A DNA stretch of 64,000 nt from Candidatus Kapaibacterium sp. (GCA_943370435.1 CALRQX020000022.1:4313-68312), one strand, 5' to 3'; positions 9,048 through 19,668 are shown, numbered from the stretch's first letter. Translations and numbers: made by a program. The notes: a model not told the origin generated them from the sequence alone.

Positions 9048-9904
9048 TGAACCAGGGGCGAATCGGCTCCCTCCAGCGCGATGCCTTCGATCCCGGCCTC
9101 GCCCACCAGCAGACTCATGTACTGGTGCAGGGCCCGGGCACGCGACTGCAGGGTCAGCAAGGCGGCGATGCGTTCGCGCACCTCTGCATAGGCGGGCTCC
9201 ACGCCGCTGCGGCGCTCCAGCACATCGATGATGTGAAAGCCGAAACGGGTGTGAAACAGACGTGGCTGTACGCCCGTGCCGCCCTGGGTATGCTGCACAT
9301 GAAAAAGCTCCCGGGCCAGCTCCGGCGCGCAATCATCGGGCGCTATCCAGCCCAGGTCGCCGCCCTGCGCACTGCTGGGGCAGTTCGACAGCTCGGCAGC
9401 GAGTTCTGCAAAACGCCCGGCTGCCACACCTTTGTGCGAAAGCTCCAGCAGGGCGCGTTCGGCATGCACCGCCAGCGCCTGGACATTGACGCCCGGCGTG
9501 ACGGCAAACAGGATGTGTCGCACATGCAGGGCCTGGCCCACCACAAACTGCGGCTTGTGTGCGTCGTAATAGCGCTGGCCTTCTTCTGCGGTGGGCGTGG
9601 GGCTGCTCACCTGCCGGTCCACCATCGCCTCGATGAGCAGGCGCGAGTCCTCGCTCACTTCGGGTGCGACCGGGCCATCGTGTTCCGGCAGCAGGCCTTG
9701 CCGGACCGCCTGTTGGCGCAGCAGCTCGGTGTAGGCCAGCTCGCGCAGCGCCTGCGCGTCCGGCGACTGCCCCGGTGCATGCAGCGCCACGCCATTGATA
9801 CGGGCGATGGGCATCTCCTGGGGCGCAGATGCAGGGGCGCACTGGCAGCCGCCGCTGCCGCAGCCGCCGGACATCTGCGGCGCTGTCAAGGTCAAGTTAC
9901 TCAT
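9044..9904 (-). CDS. parvulin (PpiC)-type peptidyl-prolyl isomerase, nitrate-reductase associated
   Basis: 286 aa. Rotamase part HVRHILFAV...FAELAAELSNCPSSAQGGDLGWI...HTRFGFHIIDVLER. Cys-rich N-terminus MSGGCGSGGCQC. Confidence 0.8.
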   Translation of the reverse strand: MSNLTLTAPQMSGGCGSGGCQCAPASAPQEMPIARINGVALHAPGQSPDAQALRELAYTELLRQQAVRQGLLPEHDGPVAPEVSEDSRLLIEAMVDRQVSSPTPTAEEGQRYYDAHKPQFVVGQALHVRHILFAVTPGVNVQALAVHAERALLELSHKGVAAGRFAELAAELSNCPSSAQGGDLGWIAPDDCAPELARELFHVQHTQGGTGVQPRLFHTRFGFHIIDVLERRSGVEPAYAEVRERIAALLTLQSRARALHQYMSLLVGEAGIEGIALEGADSPLVQ

Positions 9905-9921
9905 GAATCACTCCTGGCTGT

Positions 9922-10653
9922 TCAACTGGATTTCTGGCGCTGCTCCGGCGTCCGGCCGGGAACACCGAGGCGGCGGCTGCGCACGATCTGGTGCGGCCGG
10001 AAAATGTAGGCCACCGAGGCGAATCCGCTCCAGACATGCACCAGGCGGCTGAACGGAAACAGCAGGAAAATCGTCATGCCAAACACAATGTGAAACAGGT
10101 AGGGCCAGGGCAGCACCGCAAGGGCCGCAGAATCCACCTCACGCAGGGTCAGGATGCGCTGCGCCCAGTCGGCCAGGATCAGCATCACGGCGCCGTCGGC
10201 ATGTCCCCAGGAGTAGGGCAAGGTGATCAGGCCCACCACCAGCTGCAGCCACAGAATCAGCAGGATGGCCAGGTCGGTGGCATGACTGGTGTAACGAATG
10301 CGTGGATCGAAGATGCGCCGGTAGATCAGCATCGACAGGCCGATGAAACAGATGAAGCCGGCGATGCCCCCCGCATAAATCGCCATGCGCTGCTTCATGG
10401 CGGCATCCATGAAAACGCCGTACACCGCATGCGGTGTCAGCAGGCCCACCAGATGGCCGAAAAACAGGAACAGGATGCCGACGTGGAAGAGGTTGCTGCC
10501 CCAGCGCAGCAGGCCGGTGCGCAGCAGCTGCGAGGAGTCACTTTTCCAGGTGTACTGGTCGCGGTCAAAACGGATCAGGCTGCCCAGCAGAAACACCGTC
10601 AGGCAGATGTAGGGATAGACCCCGAATAAAAAGCCGTGAAGTCCGGTGCTCAT
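9922..10653 (-). CDS. narI: respiratory nitrate reductase gamma subunit
   Basis: 243-aa di-heme b membrane protein (MSTGLHGFLFGVYPYICLTVFLLGSLIRFDRDQYTWKSDSSQLL). Its ATG overlaps the narJ TGA. Confidence 0.95.
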   Translation of the reverse strand: MSTGLHGFLFGVYPYICLTVFLLGSLIRFDRDQYTWKSDSSQLLRTGLLRWGSNLFHVGILFLFFGHLVGLLTPHAVYGVFMDAAMKQRMAIYAGGIAGFICFIGLSMLIYRRIFDPRIRYTSHATDLAILLILWLQLVVGLITLPYSWGHADGAVMLILADWAQRILTLREVDSAALAVLPWPYLFHIVFGMTIFLLFPFSRLVHVWSGFASVAYIFRPHQIVRSRRLGVPGRTPEQRQKSS

Positions 10654-11354
10654 GCCTGTGCTCCCTGTGAAGGGTGTGGCCGTGCCGCGCGCGGCACGAT
10701 GTGGATCGCTTGCGGCTGGCCCGGTTTGGCCTGCCCCTTGGAAGAGCAGCCGTCAAAAACCACCGGCTCTTCCCAGACCGCATCGATCGGCTCTTCAGCG
10801 GCCAGCCGGACCGGCTGGGCTTTTTCACCCGCCAGTTCCAGCAGCGCACCAAGCACCGATGCATAAGCGCTTGCGCGTTGCTGCAGCGCTGCAAAAATGG
10901 CGTTGAAGATATGCGCCATCTCGGCCAGGAATTCGCGCGCCTCGCGCGGCGGCTGTGTGGAAGTGAACTCCAGCAGCACGGGCAGGAAATCGGGCATCTC
11001 TCCCTCTGCCAGGTACATGCCTGCCTTTTCGTAGGTTTGTGCCAGGTCAATCATGGCCGGCCCGCGATCGCGCGAGTCGCCATGCACATGTTCAAACAGG
11101 TGCAGCGAGGTCGCGCGGCCCCGGTCAAACAGCTCGACATACGCGACTTCCGTTTCCAGCGCCGGCGCCAGCAGCAGCGCATCGATCAGGGCATCCAGCT
11201 CGGCCAGCCGCGGCGCTGCCAGCGCGCGCTCCGCATGCAAGGCCTCACGCAGCGGCGCGAGGTGATCGCGCAGCTCGGCGTCGGGGTAGGCCAGCAGCCG
11301 GGCCAGCACGCGCAGGGTTTTGGAGGCCACAGGGGGGTGATTGAAAAGTGCCAT
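10650..11354 (-). CDS. narJ: nitrate reductase molybdenum cofactor assembly chaperone
   Basis: C-terminal 234 aa of ORF 10650..11876 from MALFNHPPVASKTLRVLARLLAYPDAELRDHL.... The ATG lies 2 nt after the narH stop; the upstream ORF part lies inside narH. Confidence 0.9.
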   Translation of the reverse strand: MALFNHPPVASKTLRVLARLLAYPDAELRDHLAPLREALHAERALAAPRLAELDALIDALLLAPALETEVAYVELFDRGRATSLHLFEHVHGDSRDRGPAMIDLAQTYEKAGMYLAEGEMPDFLPVLLEFTSTQPPREAREFLAEMAHIFNAIFAALQQRASAYASVLGALLELAGEKAQPVRLAAEEPIDAVWEEPVVFDGCSSKGQAKPGQPQAIHIVPRAARPHPSQGAQA

Positions 11355-11356
11355 GG

Positions 11357-12889
11357 TCAGACCTCTACCTTGATGGGAATGGTGCGTTTCTTGTTGCCGC
11401 CAAACAGGCTGACGTCGCTGGCGCCGTCCGAGCAGCCGTTGCCGAACGTAAAGCCGCAACCACCCCGCATGTCGAAGGTGTTTTCGGCGTACTCGCGGTG
11501 GCTGCTGGGGATCACAAACCGGTCTTCGTAATTGGCAATCGCCATGATCTGGTACATCTCCTCGACCTCGGCCACGCTGAGCCCGGCCTGCTCGAGCACC
11601 GCCAGGTTCTGCACCTGGTCCACATGTTTGCTGCGCTGGTAAGAACGCATGGCCAGCATGCGCTGCAATGAACGGATCACCGGCCCCGTGTCGCCGGCGG
11701 TCAGCAGGTTCGCCAGGTACTGCACGGGTATGCGCATCTGCGCAATGTCGGGCAACTCGCCGTTGATGCCGATGTGACCGGCGTTGGCTGCCGAAGTGAT
11801 CGGCGACAGCGGCGGCACATACCAGACCATGGGCAGGGTGCGGTACTCGGGGTGCAGCGGCAGCGCCACCTTCCATTGCACCGCCATCTTGTAAACCGGG
11901 CTGCGGCGCGCGCCTTCGAGCCAGGCCTCGGGAATGCCGTCCTTGCGCGCCTGTTCAATCACCTTCGGATCGGTCGGGTCCAGGAAAATATCGAGCTGGG
12001 CCTGGTACAGGTCCTTGTCGTCCTCGACACTGGCCGCTTCCTGGATGCGGTCGGCGTCGTATAGCACCACACCGAGGTAACGGATGCGGCCGACACAGGT
12101 TTCGCTGCATACCGTGGGCTGACCGGCTTCAATGCGCGGGTAGCAGAACGTGCATTTCTCGGCCTTGCCGCTTTTCCAGTTGTAATAAATTTTCTTGTAG
12201 GGGCAACCCGACACACACATGCGCCAGCCCCGGCATTTGTCCTGGTCGATCAGCACAATGCCGTCTTCCTCGCGCTTGTAGATCGAGCCCGAAGGGCAGG
12301 ACGCCACACAGGCCGGATTCAGGCAGTGCTCGCACAGGCGCGGCAGATACATCATGAAGGTGTTTTCGAACTGGCCGACCATGTCTTTTTGCACCTGGTC
12401 GAAGCTGTCGAGGTTGGCGTCCTTGCTGCGCTTGGAGAATTCGCCGCCGAGGATCTCCTCCCAGTTCGGACCCCATTCGATCTTCTCCATGCGTTTGCCG
12501 GTGATCAGGCTGCGCGGCCTGGCCGTGGGTGTGGCCTTCATCTCGGGGGCCGACTGCAGGTGGTCGTAGTCGAAGGTAAAGGGCTCGTAATAGTCGTCAA
12601 TCTGCGGCATGTTCGGGTTCGAGAACAGGCGCATCAGCAGCTTCCATTTGCCGCCCTGGCGCGGCTCTATCGAGCCGTCGGCCTTGCGCACCCAGCCGCC
12701 ATTCCATTTGTCCTGGTTCTCCCACTCCTTGGGATAACCGATGCCGGGTTTGGTCTCCACGTTGTTGAACCAGGCGTACTCCATGCCGGGCCGGCTGGTC
12801 CAGACGTTTTTGCAGGTGACCGAACAGGTGTGGCAGCCAATACACTTGTCCAGGTTCAGCACCATGCCGATTTGCGCGCGTATTTTCAT
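11357..12889 (-). CDS. narH: respiratory nitrate reductase beta (Fe-S) subunit
   Basis: 510 aa. Ferredoxin-type clusters CIGCHTCSVTC, CEHCLNPACVASCP, CRGWRMCVSGCPY. Confidence 0.97.
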   Translation of the reverse strand: MKIRAQIGMVLNLDKCIGCHTCSVTCKNVWTSRPGMEYAWFNNVETKPGIGYPKEWENQDKWNGGWVRKADGSIEPRQGGKWKLLMRLFSNPNMPQIDDYYEPFTFDYDHLQSAPEMKATPTARPRSLITGKRMEKIEWGPNWEEILGGEFSKRSKDANLDSFDQVQKDMVGQFENTFMMYLPRLCEHCLNPACVASCPSGSIYKREEDGIVLIDQDKCRGWRMCVSGCPYKKIYYNWKSGKAEKCTFCYPRIEAGQPTVCSETCVGRIRYLGVVLYDADRIQEAASVEDDKDLYQAQLDIFLDPTDPKVIEQARKDGIPEAWLEGARRSPVYKMAVQWKVALPLHPEYRTLPMVWYVPPLSPITSAANAGHIGINGELPDIAQMRIPVQYLANLLTAGDTGPVIRSLQRMLAMRSYQRSKHVDQVQNLAVLEQAGLSVAEVEEMYQIMAIANYEDRFVIPSSHREYAENTFDMRGGCGFTFGNGCSDGASDVSLFGGNKKRTIPIKVEV

Positions 12890-15800
12890 GCTGCCTCTCC
12901 CATTTGCTGCACCGCCAGGGCACGGTCATCGTCACGGGGTGTATCGAGCCAGTCCACCTTGTCCATCTTGCGCACCACCACAAACTCGTCGCGGTTGGTG
13001 CCTATGGTTCCGTAGTAATTGAAGCCGTAGGAGAGCTGCGCATAACCACCAATCATGTGGGTGGGCTTGAGCACGATGCGCGTCACCGAGTTGTGGATGC
13101 CGCCGCGCTGGCCGGTGATCTCCGAGCCTGGCGTGTTGACGATTTTTTCCTGTGCGTGGTACATCATCACCATGCCGGGCTTGACACGCTGGCTGACAAC
13201 CGCACGCGCCGCTATGGCGCCGTTGACGTTGTAGGCCTCAATCCAGTCGTTGTCTTCCACCCCCATCAATTTGGCGTCGTCCTCGCTGACCCAGATGATG
13301 GGCCCGCCGCGGCTCAGCGTGAGCATCAACAGGTTGTCGGTGTAGGTCGAGTGAATGCCCCACTTCTGGTGCGGCGTGATGAAGTTCAGCAGGATTTCGG
13401 TGTTGCCGTTGCTGCGGATACCGTGCACGCCAGCCGTCGCCTTCAGGTTCACCGGCGGCCGGTAGCTGGCCAGGCCCTCGCCGAAAGCCAGCATCCAGGG
13501 ATGGTCCTGGTAGAACTGCTGGCGGCCCGTCAGCGTGCGCCAGGGGATCAGCTCATGCACATTGGTGTAGCCGGCGTTGTAGGACACCGTCTCGGACTCG
13601 ATCCCGCTCCAGGTCGGTGAGCTGATGATCTTGCGCGGTTGCGCCTGGATGTCGCGAAAGCGGATTTTTTCGTCTTCGCGGTGAATCGCCAGATGGGCAT
13701 GTTCGCGCCCGGTCTGCTTCGACAAGGCATTCCAGGCCTTGACCGCCACATGGCCGTTGGTTTCAGGGGCCAGCTGCAGAATCATTTCGCAGGCATCGAT
13801 GTCGCTGTCTATCCTCGGCATGCCCAGGGTCACGCCGGGGTCGGTCACCAGGCCGTTCAACTGGCCGAGTTGCCGCACCTCGGTTTCGGTGTTCCAGGCA
13901 ATGCCCTTGCCGCCGTTGCCGATCTTGTTCAGCAGCGGCCCAACCGCCGTGAACCGTTTGAAGACATTCGGGTAGTCGCGTTCCACCACCTGCATCTGCG
14001 GTGCGGTTTTGCCGGGCACCAGTTCACACTCGCCGCGTTTCCAGTCCTTGACTTCAAACGGCTGGGCCAGTTCGCCCGGGGTGTCGTGCATCACCGGTGT
14101 CAGCACCATTTCCTTCTCGACACCGAGGTGGCCTTCGCACAACTCGCTGAATTTTTTTGCAAAGCCCTTGTAGATCTCCCAGTCGCTTTTCGATTGCCAC
14201 ACCGGATCCACCGCCGTCGACAGGGGATGGATGAAGGGGTGCATGTCGCTGGTGTTGAGGTCGTTTTTTTCGTACCAGGTGGCAGTCGGCAACACGATGT
14301 CGGAGTACAGGCAGGTCGTGCTCATGCGGAAGTCCAGCGTGACCAGCAGGTCCAGCTTGCCCTCGGGTGCCTTGTCGTGCCAGACCACTTCATCAGGTTT
14401 TCCTTCTTCAGCACCCAGGTCCTTGCCCTGGACGCCGTTGTCCGTGCCCAGCAGATGCTTGAGGAAATATTCGTGGCCCTTGCCCGAGGAGCCAATGATG
14501 TTGGAGCGCCAGACAAACATGTTGCGCGGCCAGTTGTCCGGATGATCCGGGTCCTCGCAGCTCATCTTCAGCGTGCCGTCCTTGAGCGACTTGACGACGT
14601 AGTCTTTCGCATCGAGCCCGGCGGCCTGGGCGTCTTTGACCACCTGCATGGGATGGGTCTGCAATTGCGGCGCGCTTGGCAGCCATCCCATGCGTTCGGC
14701 GCGCACGTTGTAGTCGATCATGCTGCCGCCATAAAGCTTCTTGTCGGCCAGTGGCGACAACACCTCGTCCACACCGAGTTTTTCGTAGCGCCACTGGTCG
14801 GTGTGGGCATAAAAGAAACTGGTGGAGTTCATCTGCCGGGGCGGGCGTATCCAGTCGAGCGCAAAGGCCAGCGGGGTCCAGCCGGTCTGGGGCCGCAGCT
14901 TTTCCTGGCCCACGTAATGCGCCCAGCCACCACCGCTCTTGCCGATGCAGCCGCACATCATCAGCATGTTGATGACGCTGCGGTAGTTCATGTCGCTGTG
15001 GTACCAGTGGTTCATGCCGGCACCAATGATGACCATGGAGCGGCCTTCGGTCTTCTCGGCGTTGTCGGCAAACTGGCGCGCGACCGCGACGACCTGCTCG
15101 CGCGGCACCCCGGTGATCTGCTCCTGCCAGGCCGGTGTGTAGGGGCTGTTGTCATTGAAGTCCGTGGCCGCCAGTTCACCGGGCAAGCCCCGCGTGATGC
15201 CGTATTGCGCAACCTGCAGGTCAAAGACGGTAGCCACCAGGGCCGAGCGTTCCTCACCGGCCTTGCCGAGTGCGATACGCTGAACCGGCACGGTGCGCAC
15301 CAGCACGTCGGTTTGCTCGTTGTTCTGAAAGTGCTCATGGGCAATACCGCCAAAATACGGAAAGCCCACCCTGGCGCTGTCCTGGCTCGGCGCCTCGCCC
15401 TCCATCACCGACAGCTTGAGGCTGACTTCATCGCCGTGCCGCGCTTCTTTGGGCTCCAGATTCCACTGCCCGGCGTCGGCCCGCCCATCGGGACCCCAGC
15501 GGAAACCGATGGCGCCATTGGGCAGCACCACCTTGCCCTGGCTGTCGAATGCAACGGTTTTCCATTCCGGGTTGTTGGCTGCCCCCAGTTTTCCGTTGAA
15601 GTCAGACGCGCGCACATAACGGTCCGGCACCATCACGGTTTCGCCGCTTTCCAGCGTGTGCTCCTTGAGCATCACCAGCATCGGCAGGTCGGTGTAGCGG
15701 CGGGCGTAGTGGTCAAAGTAGGCCGAGCGCGGTTTGCCATTGCCGCCAAAGTAAAAGTCTTTCAGGATCACATGGCCCATGGCCATGGCCAGCGCCGCAT

Positions 15801-16704
15801 CGGTGCCCTGCTTGGGGTGCAGCCACAGGTCAGAAAGTTTGGCGACTTCCGAATAGTCGGGCGTGATGGCCACCGTTTTGCAGCCTTTGTAGCGCACCTC
15901 GGTGAAGAAATGCGCGTCGGGCGTGCGCGTCTGCGGCACGTTGGAACCCCAGGCAATGATGAAGCCCGAGTTGTACCAGTCGGCCGACTCGGGCACGTCC
16001 GTCTGCTCACCCCAGATTTGCGGACTGGAGGGGGGCAGGTCGCAGTACCAGTCGTAAAAACTCATACACACGCCGCCAATCAGCGACAGGTAACGCGAGC
16101 CGGCCGCGTAACTGACCATGGACATCGCCGGAATCGGTGAAAAGCCGATGATCCGGTCGGCGCCGTGTTTCTGGATGGTGTAGACATTGGAAGCGGCAAT
16201 GATTTCATTGACCTCGTCCCAGCTCGAACGGACAAAACCGCCCAGGCCGCGCACACTCTGGTAGTCGCGCCGTTTGGCGTCGTCCTGTACCACCGCTGCC
16301 CAGGCCTCCACGGGCGCCAGCGTCAAACGGGCCTCGCGCCAGTGTTTGAGCAGACGCGCACGCACCATCGGGTATTTGACGCGGTTGGCGCTGTACAGAT
16401 ACCAGCTGTAGCTGGCACCGCGCGAGCAGCCACGCGGCTCATGGTTGGGCATGTCCCAGCGTGTGCGCGGATAGTCGGTCTGCTGGGTTTCCCAGGTGAC
16501 GATGCCGCCCTTGACATAAATCTTCCATGAGCACGAACCGGTGCAGTTCACGCCATGGGTGCTGCGCACCACCTTGTCGTGTGCCCAGCGGTTGCGGTAG
16601 GCATCTTCCCAGGTGCGGTCTTCGGCTGTGGTGACGCCATGGCCGCCCGAGAACGATTCGCGCGGGTTTGAAAAGTGGTTCAGGCGATCAAGAAAATGGC
16701 TCAT
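12886..16704 (-). CDS. narG: respiratory nitrate reductase alpha (Mo-bisMGD) subunit
   Basis: From MSHFLDRLNHFSNPRE... with the FS0 motif HGVNCTGSCSWKIY. GGAGAA Shine-Dalgarno upstream of ATG 16704. The ORF track start (16731) is a short upstream extension. Confidence 0.97.
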   Translation of the reverse strand: MSHFLDRLNHFSNPRESFSGGHGVTTAEDRTWEDAYRNRWAHDKVVRSTHGVNCTGSCSWKIYVKGGIVTWETQQTDYPRTRWDMPNHEPRGCSRGASYSWYLYSANRVKYPMVRARLLKHWREARLTLAPVEAWAAVVQDDAKRRDYQSVRGLGGFVRSSWDEVNEIIAASNVYTIQKHGADRIIGFSPIPAMSMVSYAAGSRYLSLIGGVCMSFYDWYCDLPPSSPQIWGEQTDVPESADWYNSGFIIAWGSNVPQTRTPDAHFFTEVRYKGCKTVAITPDYSEVAKLSDLWLHPKQGTDAALAMAMGHVILKDFYFGGNGKPRSAYFDHYARRYTDLPMLVMLKEHTLESGETVMVPDRYVRASDFNGKLGAANNPEWKTVAFDSQGKVVLPNGAIGFRWGPDGRADAGQWNLEPKEARHGDEVSLKLSVMEGEAPSQDSARVGFPYFGGIAHEHFQNNEQTDVLVRTVPVQRIALGKAGEERSALVATVFDLQVAQYGITRGLPGELAATDFNDNSPYTPAWQEQITGVPREQVVAVARQFADNAEKTEGRSMVIIGAGMNHWYHSDMNYRSVINMLMMCGCIGKSGGGWAHYVGQEKLRPQTGWTPLAFALDWIRPPRQMNSTSFFYAHTDQWRYEKLGVDEVLSPLADKKLYGGSMIDYNVRAERMGWLPSAPQLQTHPMQVVKDAQAAGLDAKDYVVKSLKDGTLKMSCEDPDHPDNWPRNMFVWRSNIIGSSGKGHEYFLKHLLGTDNGVQGKDLGAEEGKPDEVVWHDKAPEGKLDLLVTLDFRMSTTCLYSDIVLPTATWYEKNDLNTSDMHPFIHPLSTAVDPVWQSKSDWEIYKGFAKKFSELCEGHLGVEKEMVLTPVMHDTPGELAQPFEVKDWKRGECELVPGKTAPQMQVVERDYPNVFKRFTAVGPLLNKIGNGGKGIAWNTETEVRQLGQLNGLVTDPGVTLGMPRIDSDIDACEMILQLAPETNGHVAVKAWNALSKQTGREHAHLAIHREDEKIRFRDIQAQPRKIISSPTWSGIESETVSYNAGYTNVHELIPWRTLTGRQQFYQDHPWMLAFGEGLASYRPPVNLKATAGVHGIRSNGNTEILLNFITPHQKWGIHSTYTDNLLMLTLSRGGPIIWVSEDDAKLMGVEDNDWIEAYNVNGAIAARAVVSQRVKPGMVMMYHAQEKIVNTPGSEITGQRGGIHNSVTRIVLKPTHMIGGYAQLSYGFNYYGTIGTNRDEFVVVRKMDKVDWLDTPRDDDRALAVQQMGEAA

Positions 16705-16746
16705 GGGGTTCTCCGAGTGAGGCGGTAACAAACGGTCAGCAGGGCT

Positions 16747-18375
16747 TCAGGGGTTTTTGATCTCTGCGCCAGCGCGCAGGTAAAACCACCAGTTCAGCAC
16801 CAGGCACAAGGCATAAAAAATGGCAAAACCGTACATGGCGTTTTCAGGGGTTCCCACCTTGATCTGCGCACCAATGACCACCGGTGCGATAAAGGCGCCA
16901 TAGGCGGCAATGGCCGAGGTCCAGCCCAGCACGGGCCCGGCTTGCTGCCGGTCAAAAATGACGCCTATGGTGCGAAAGGTCGAGCCATTGCCGATGCCGC
17001 TGGCCGCAAACAACAGCACAAACAGCACCATGAAAAGCAGGAAATACTGCTCGGGCGCAGCCGACTTGTAGGCCAGCAGCATGACGTAGCCCACCGCCGC
17101 AGAAGCCAGCACCATCACGGCAGAAATGATCTGCGTGACGATGGAGCCGCCGACCTTGTCCGAGACCCAGCCGCCGACCGGCCGGATCAACGCGCCGACA
17201 AACGGTCCGATCCAGGCAAAGGTCAGGGCTGACGGGGCGTTCGGGTTTTTCAGCGTGTGCTGCATGACACCTGCGGCGTCAGGCACATGGCTGATGCCAA
17301 AAATCACCGTGATCGCCAGCGGCAGGGCCATCGAAAACCCGATGAAGGAGCCGAAGGTCACGATGTAGAGCAAGGTCAGCGACCAGGTGTGTTTGTTGCT
17401 GAAGATCGCAAACTGCTTGCTGATGTTTTCCTTCATCGTGCCGAAGGCCGTGAGCTTGAGCACCAGCAGGGTACTGGCCACAATCAAGGGCATGGCAATC
17501 CACATGTTGAGCAAACCCAGACCGGTGGGTTTGGGCAGGTACAGGTACAGGCCTATGCCTGCCGGCACAAACGACAGCGTGTAGAGCCAGATGATCTTCA
17601 GAAAGGCCTGGATGGTCCCGCCGGTGTCGGGCGTGACTGTCTTCAGGTTGTTCATGCCGAAAAAGCAGATCACCGACAGCGGCACCAGTGACAACAGCCA
17701 GGCAAAGCCGGCGTTCTGGATCCAGGTCGGTGTACCAGCCACAATCTTGCCGAAGATCCAGCCGCTGTCCTTGACCAGGTTGGTCGATTCGCCGGCGAAG
17801 CCGCCGAACAGGCTCAGGGTCATCACCAGCGGTATGACGACCTGCATCGTCGTCACACCGAAATTTCCAAGTCCTGCATTCAGGCCAAGCGCCGTACCCT
17901 GCAGCCTCTTGGGAAAAAAGGTGCTGATGTTGGACATGGAGCTGGCGAAGTTTCCGCCACCCACCCCACACCACAAGGCCATCAGCTGAAAGGACCACAG
18001 CGGCCACTCGGGGTGCTGCAGCACGATGCCCGTGCCTATGGCCGGCGCCAGCAACATGGAGGTGGTGAGGAAAATGGTGTTGCGCCCACCTGCCAGCCGG
18101 ATCAGAAAGGAGGCCGGAATGCGCATGGTGGCGCCGGCCAGGCCGGCAATCGCGGTCAGGGTGAACAACTCGGCCTGGCTGAACGGAAAGCCCAGGTTGA
18201 GCATCTGCACCGTGATGATGCCCCACATGCCCCAGACCGCAAAGCCGCACAGCAGGCTGGGCACCGAGATCCAGAGGTTGCGGTAGGCAATGCGTTTACC
18301 GGTGCTCTCCCAGAACTGTTCGTCCTCGGGACGCCAGTCGGTGATGTCGGTGCCTGAACTCGATTTGGTGTTCAT
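16747..18375 (-). CDS. narK: MFS nitrate/nitrite transporter (NarK2-like)
   Basis: 542-aa 12+ TM MFS protein placed directly upstream of narG. Contains nitrate/nitrite-porter-type glycine-rich motifs. Confidence 0.88.
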   Translation of the reverse strand: MNTKSSSGTDITDWRPEDEQFWESTGKRIAYRNLWISVPSLLCGFAVWGMWGIITVQMLNLGFPFSQAELFTLTAIAGLAGATMRIPASFLIRLAGGRNTIFLTTSMLLAPAIGTGIVLQHPEWPLWSFQLMALWCGVGGGNFASSMSNISTFFPKRLQGTALGLNAGLGNFGVTTMQVVIPLVMTLSLFGGFAGESTNLVKDSGWIFGKIVAGTPTWIQNAGFAWLLSLVPLSVICFFGMNNLKTVTPDTGGTIQAFLKIIWLYTLSFVPAGIGLYLYLPKPTGLGLLNMWIAMPLIVASTLLVLKLTAFGTMKENISKQFAIFSNKHTWSLTLLYIVTFGSFIGFSMALPLAITVIFGISHVPDAAGVMQHTLKNPNAPSALTFAWIGPFVGALIRPVGGWVSDKVGGSIVTQIISAVMVLASAAVGYVMLLAYKSAAPEQYFLLFMVLFVLLFAASGIGNGSTFRTIGVIFDRQQAGPVLGWTSAIAAYGAFIAPVVIGAQIKVGTPENAMYGFAIFYALCLVLNWWFYLRAGAEIKNP

Positions 18376-18405
18376 GGTGTTTTCTCAAATAAAAGGAAGG
18401 GGGAT

Positions 18406-19668
18406 TCAGGCCTGCGCGCCGGCGGCGTGGCGGCCCATGACCTCGGTGCGGCGCACCTCGGTCCAGTACATCCAGATCAGCGAGACCCAGACCACGCCAT
18501 ACATGAACATGAAGGCGCTGGAGCGGATGCCGGTCAGGTCCATCAGGCCACCGAAGATGATGGGCAGGACAAAGCCGCCCAGGCCGCCCGCCAGCCCGAC
18601 AATGCCGCTGACCGCGCCGATGTTGGCGCCGTAGTCGTCACTGATGTATTTGAAAACGCTGGCCTTGCCGAAAGCCCAGGCAATGCCCAGCAGAAACATC
18701 AGCGCCGTGAAGGTGTACACGTTCAGGCCGATGTGGAAGGTCGCCGAACCGTTGACCGTGAGGATGGTGAAATCGGTCTGCGGATAGGAGAGCAGGAACA
18801 GGCAGACCCAGCTCACCCACATCACCCACCACGTGACGCTGTGCGCGCCGTACTTGTCCGACAACACGCCCCCGAACGCGCGCAGTACGCCGCCCGGCAG
18901 GGAGAAGCAGGCTGCCAGCAAAGCGGCCACGCGGATATCCAGACCGAACTCGCCCACGTAGTACTGCACCATCCACAGCGACAAGGCCACATAACCACCG
19001 AACACAATGCTGTAGTACTGACAGTACTTGATCACCTTGGGGTCCTTGAGCAGCGTGAGCTGGTCACTGAACTTGACGTGGCTGGGCACCAGGTGCGACG
19101 GATCGCTGTGGCTGAACAGCCAGAACAGCACCAGCGCCGCCAGCATGATGGCCGCGTACACCTGCGGCACCATGGCCCAGCCAAAGGCCACCAGCAACAC
19201 GGGCGCGACAAACTTGTTGACGGCGGCACCGGAGTTGCCAGCGCCATACACACCCATGGCCATGCCCTGGCGGCTCTTCGGGAACCAGCGCGCCACATAG
19301 GGTGTGCCGACAGAAAACGATCCGCCAGCCAGGCCGACAAACAGGCCAATCACCAGAAAGTGCCAGTAGACGGTGGCATAAGCCATGAGCCAGATCGCGG
19401 GGATGGTGGCGGCCATGAGGAGGGCCATCACGATGCGCCCGCCATAACGGTCGGTCCAGATGCCGAGCGGCACCCGGATCAGCGAGCCGGTGAGTACCGG
19501 CGTGGCCGCGAGCAGGCCAAACTCGGTCGCATTGAGGTTGAGCATCTTCTTGATCGGGATGCCGATGACGCCGAACATCATCCAGACCATGAAGCAGACG
19601 GTGAAGGCCAGCGTGCTGACAATCAGCACCGACCACGCTTTTCTCGGGTTTACCAGTTCAGAGGCCAT
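18406..19668 (-). CDS. narK: MFS nitrate transporter (NarK1-like)
   Basis: 420 aa from MASELVNPRKAWSVLIVSTLAFTVCFMVWMMFG.... GGAGAAACAA Shine-Dalgarno just upstream of the ATG. Second NNP-family member in tandem. Confidence 0.88.
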   Translation of the reverse strand: MASELVNPRKAWSVLIVSTLAFTVCFMVWMMFGVIGIPIKKMLNLNATEFGLLAATPVLTGSLIRVPLGIWTDRYGGRIVMALLMAATIPAIWLMAYATVYWHFLVIGLFVGLAGGSFSVGTPYVARWFPKSRQGMAMGVYGAGNSGAAVNKFVAPVLLVAFGWAMVPQVYAAIMLAALVLFWLFSHSDPSHLVPSHVKFSDQLTLLKDPKVIKYCQYYSIVFGGYVALSLWMVQYYVGEFGLDIRVAALLAACFSLPGGVLRAFGGVLSDKYGAHSVTWWVMWVSWVCLFLLSYPQTDFTILTVNGSATFHIGLNVYTFTALMFLLGIAWAFGKASVFKYISDDYGANIGAVSGIVGLAGGLGGFVLPIIFGGLMDLTGIRSSAFMFMYGVVWVSLIWMYWTEVRRTEVMGRHAAGAQA

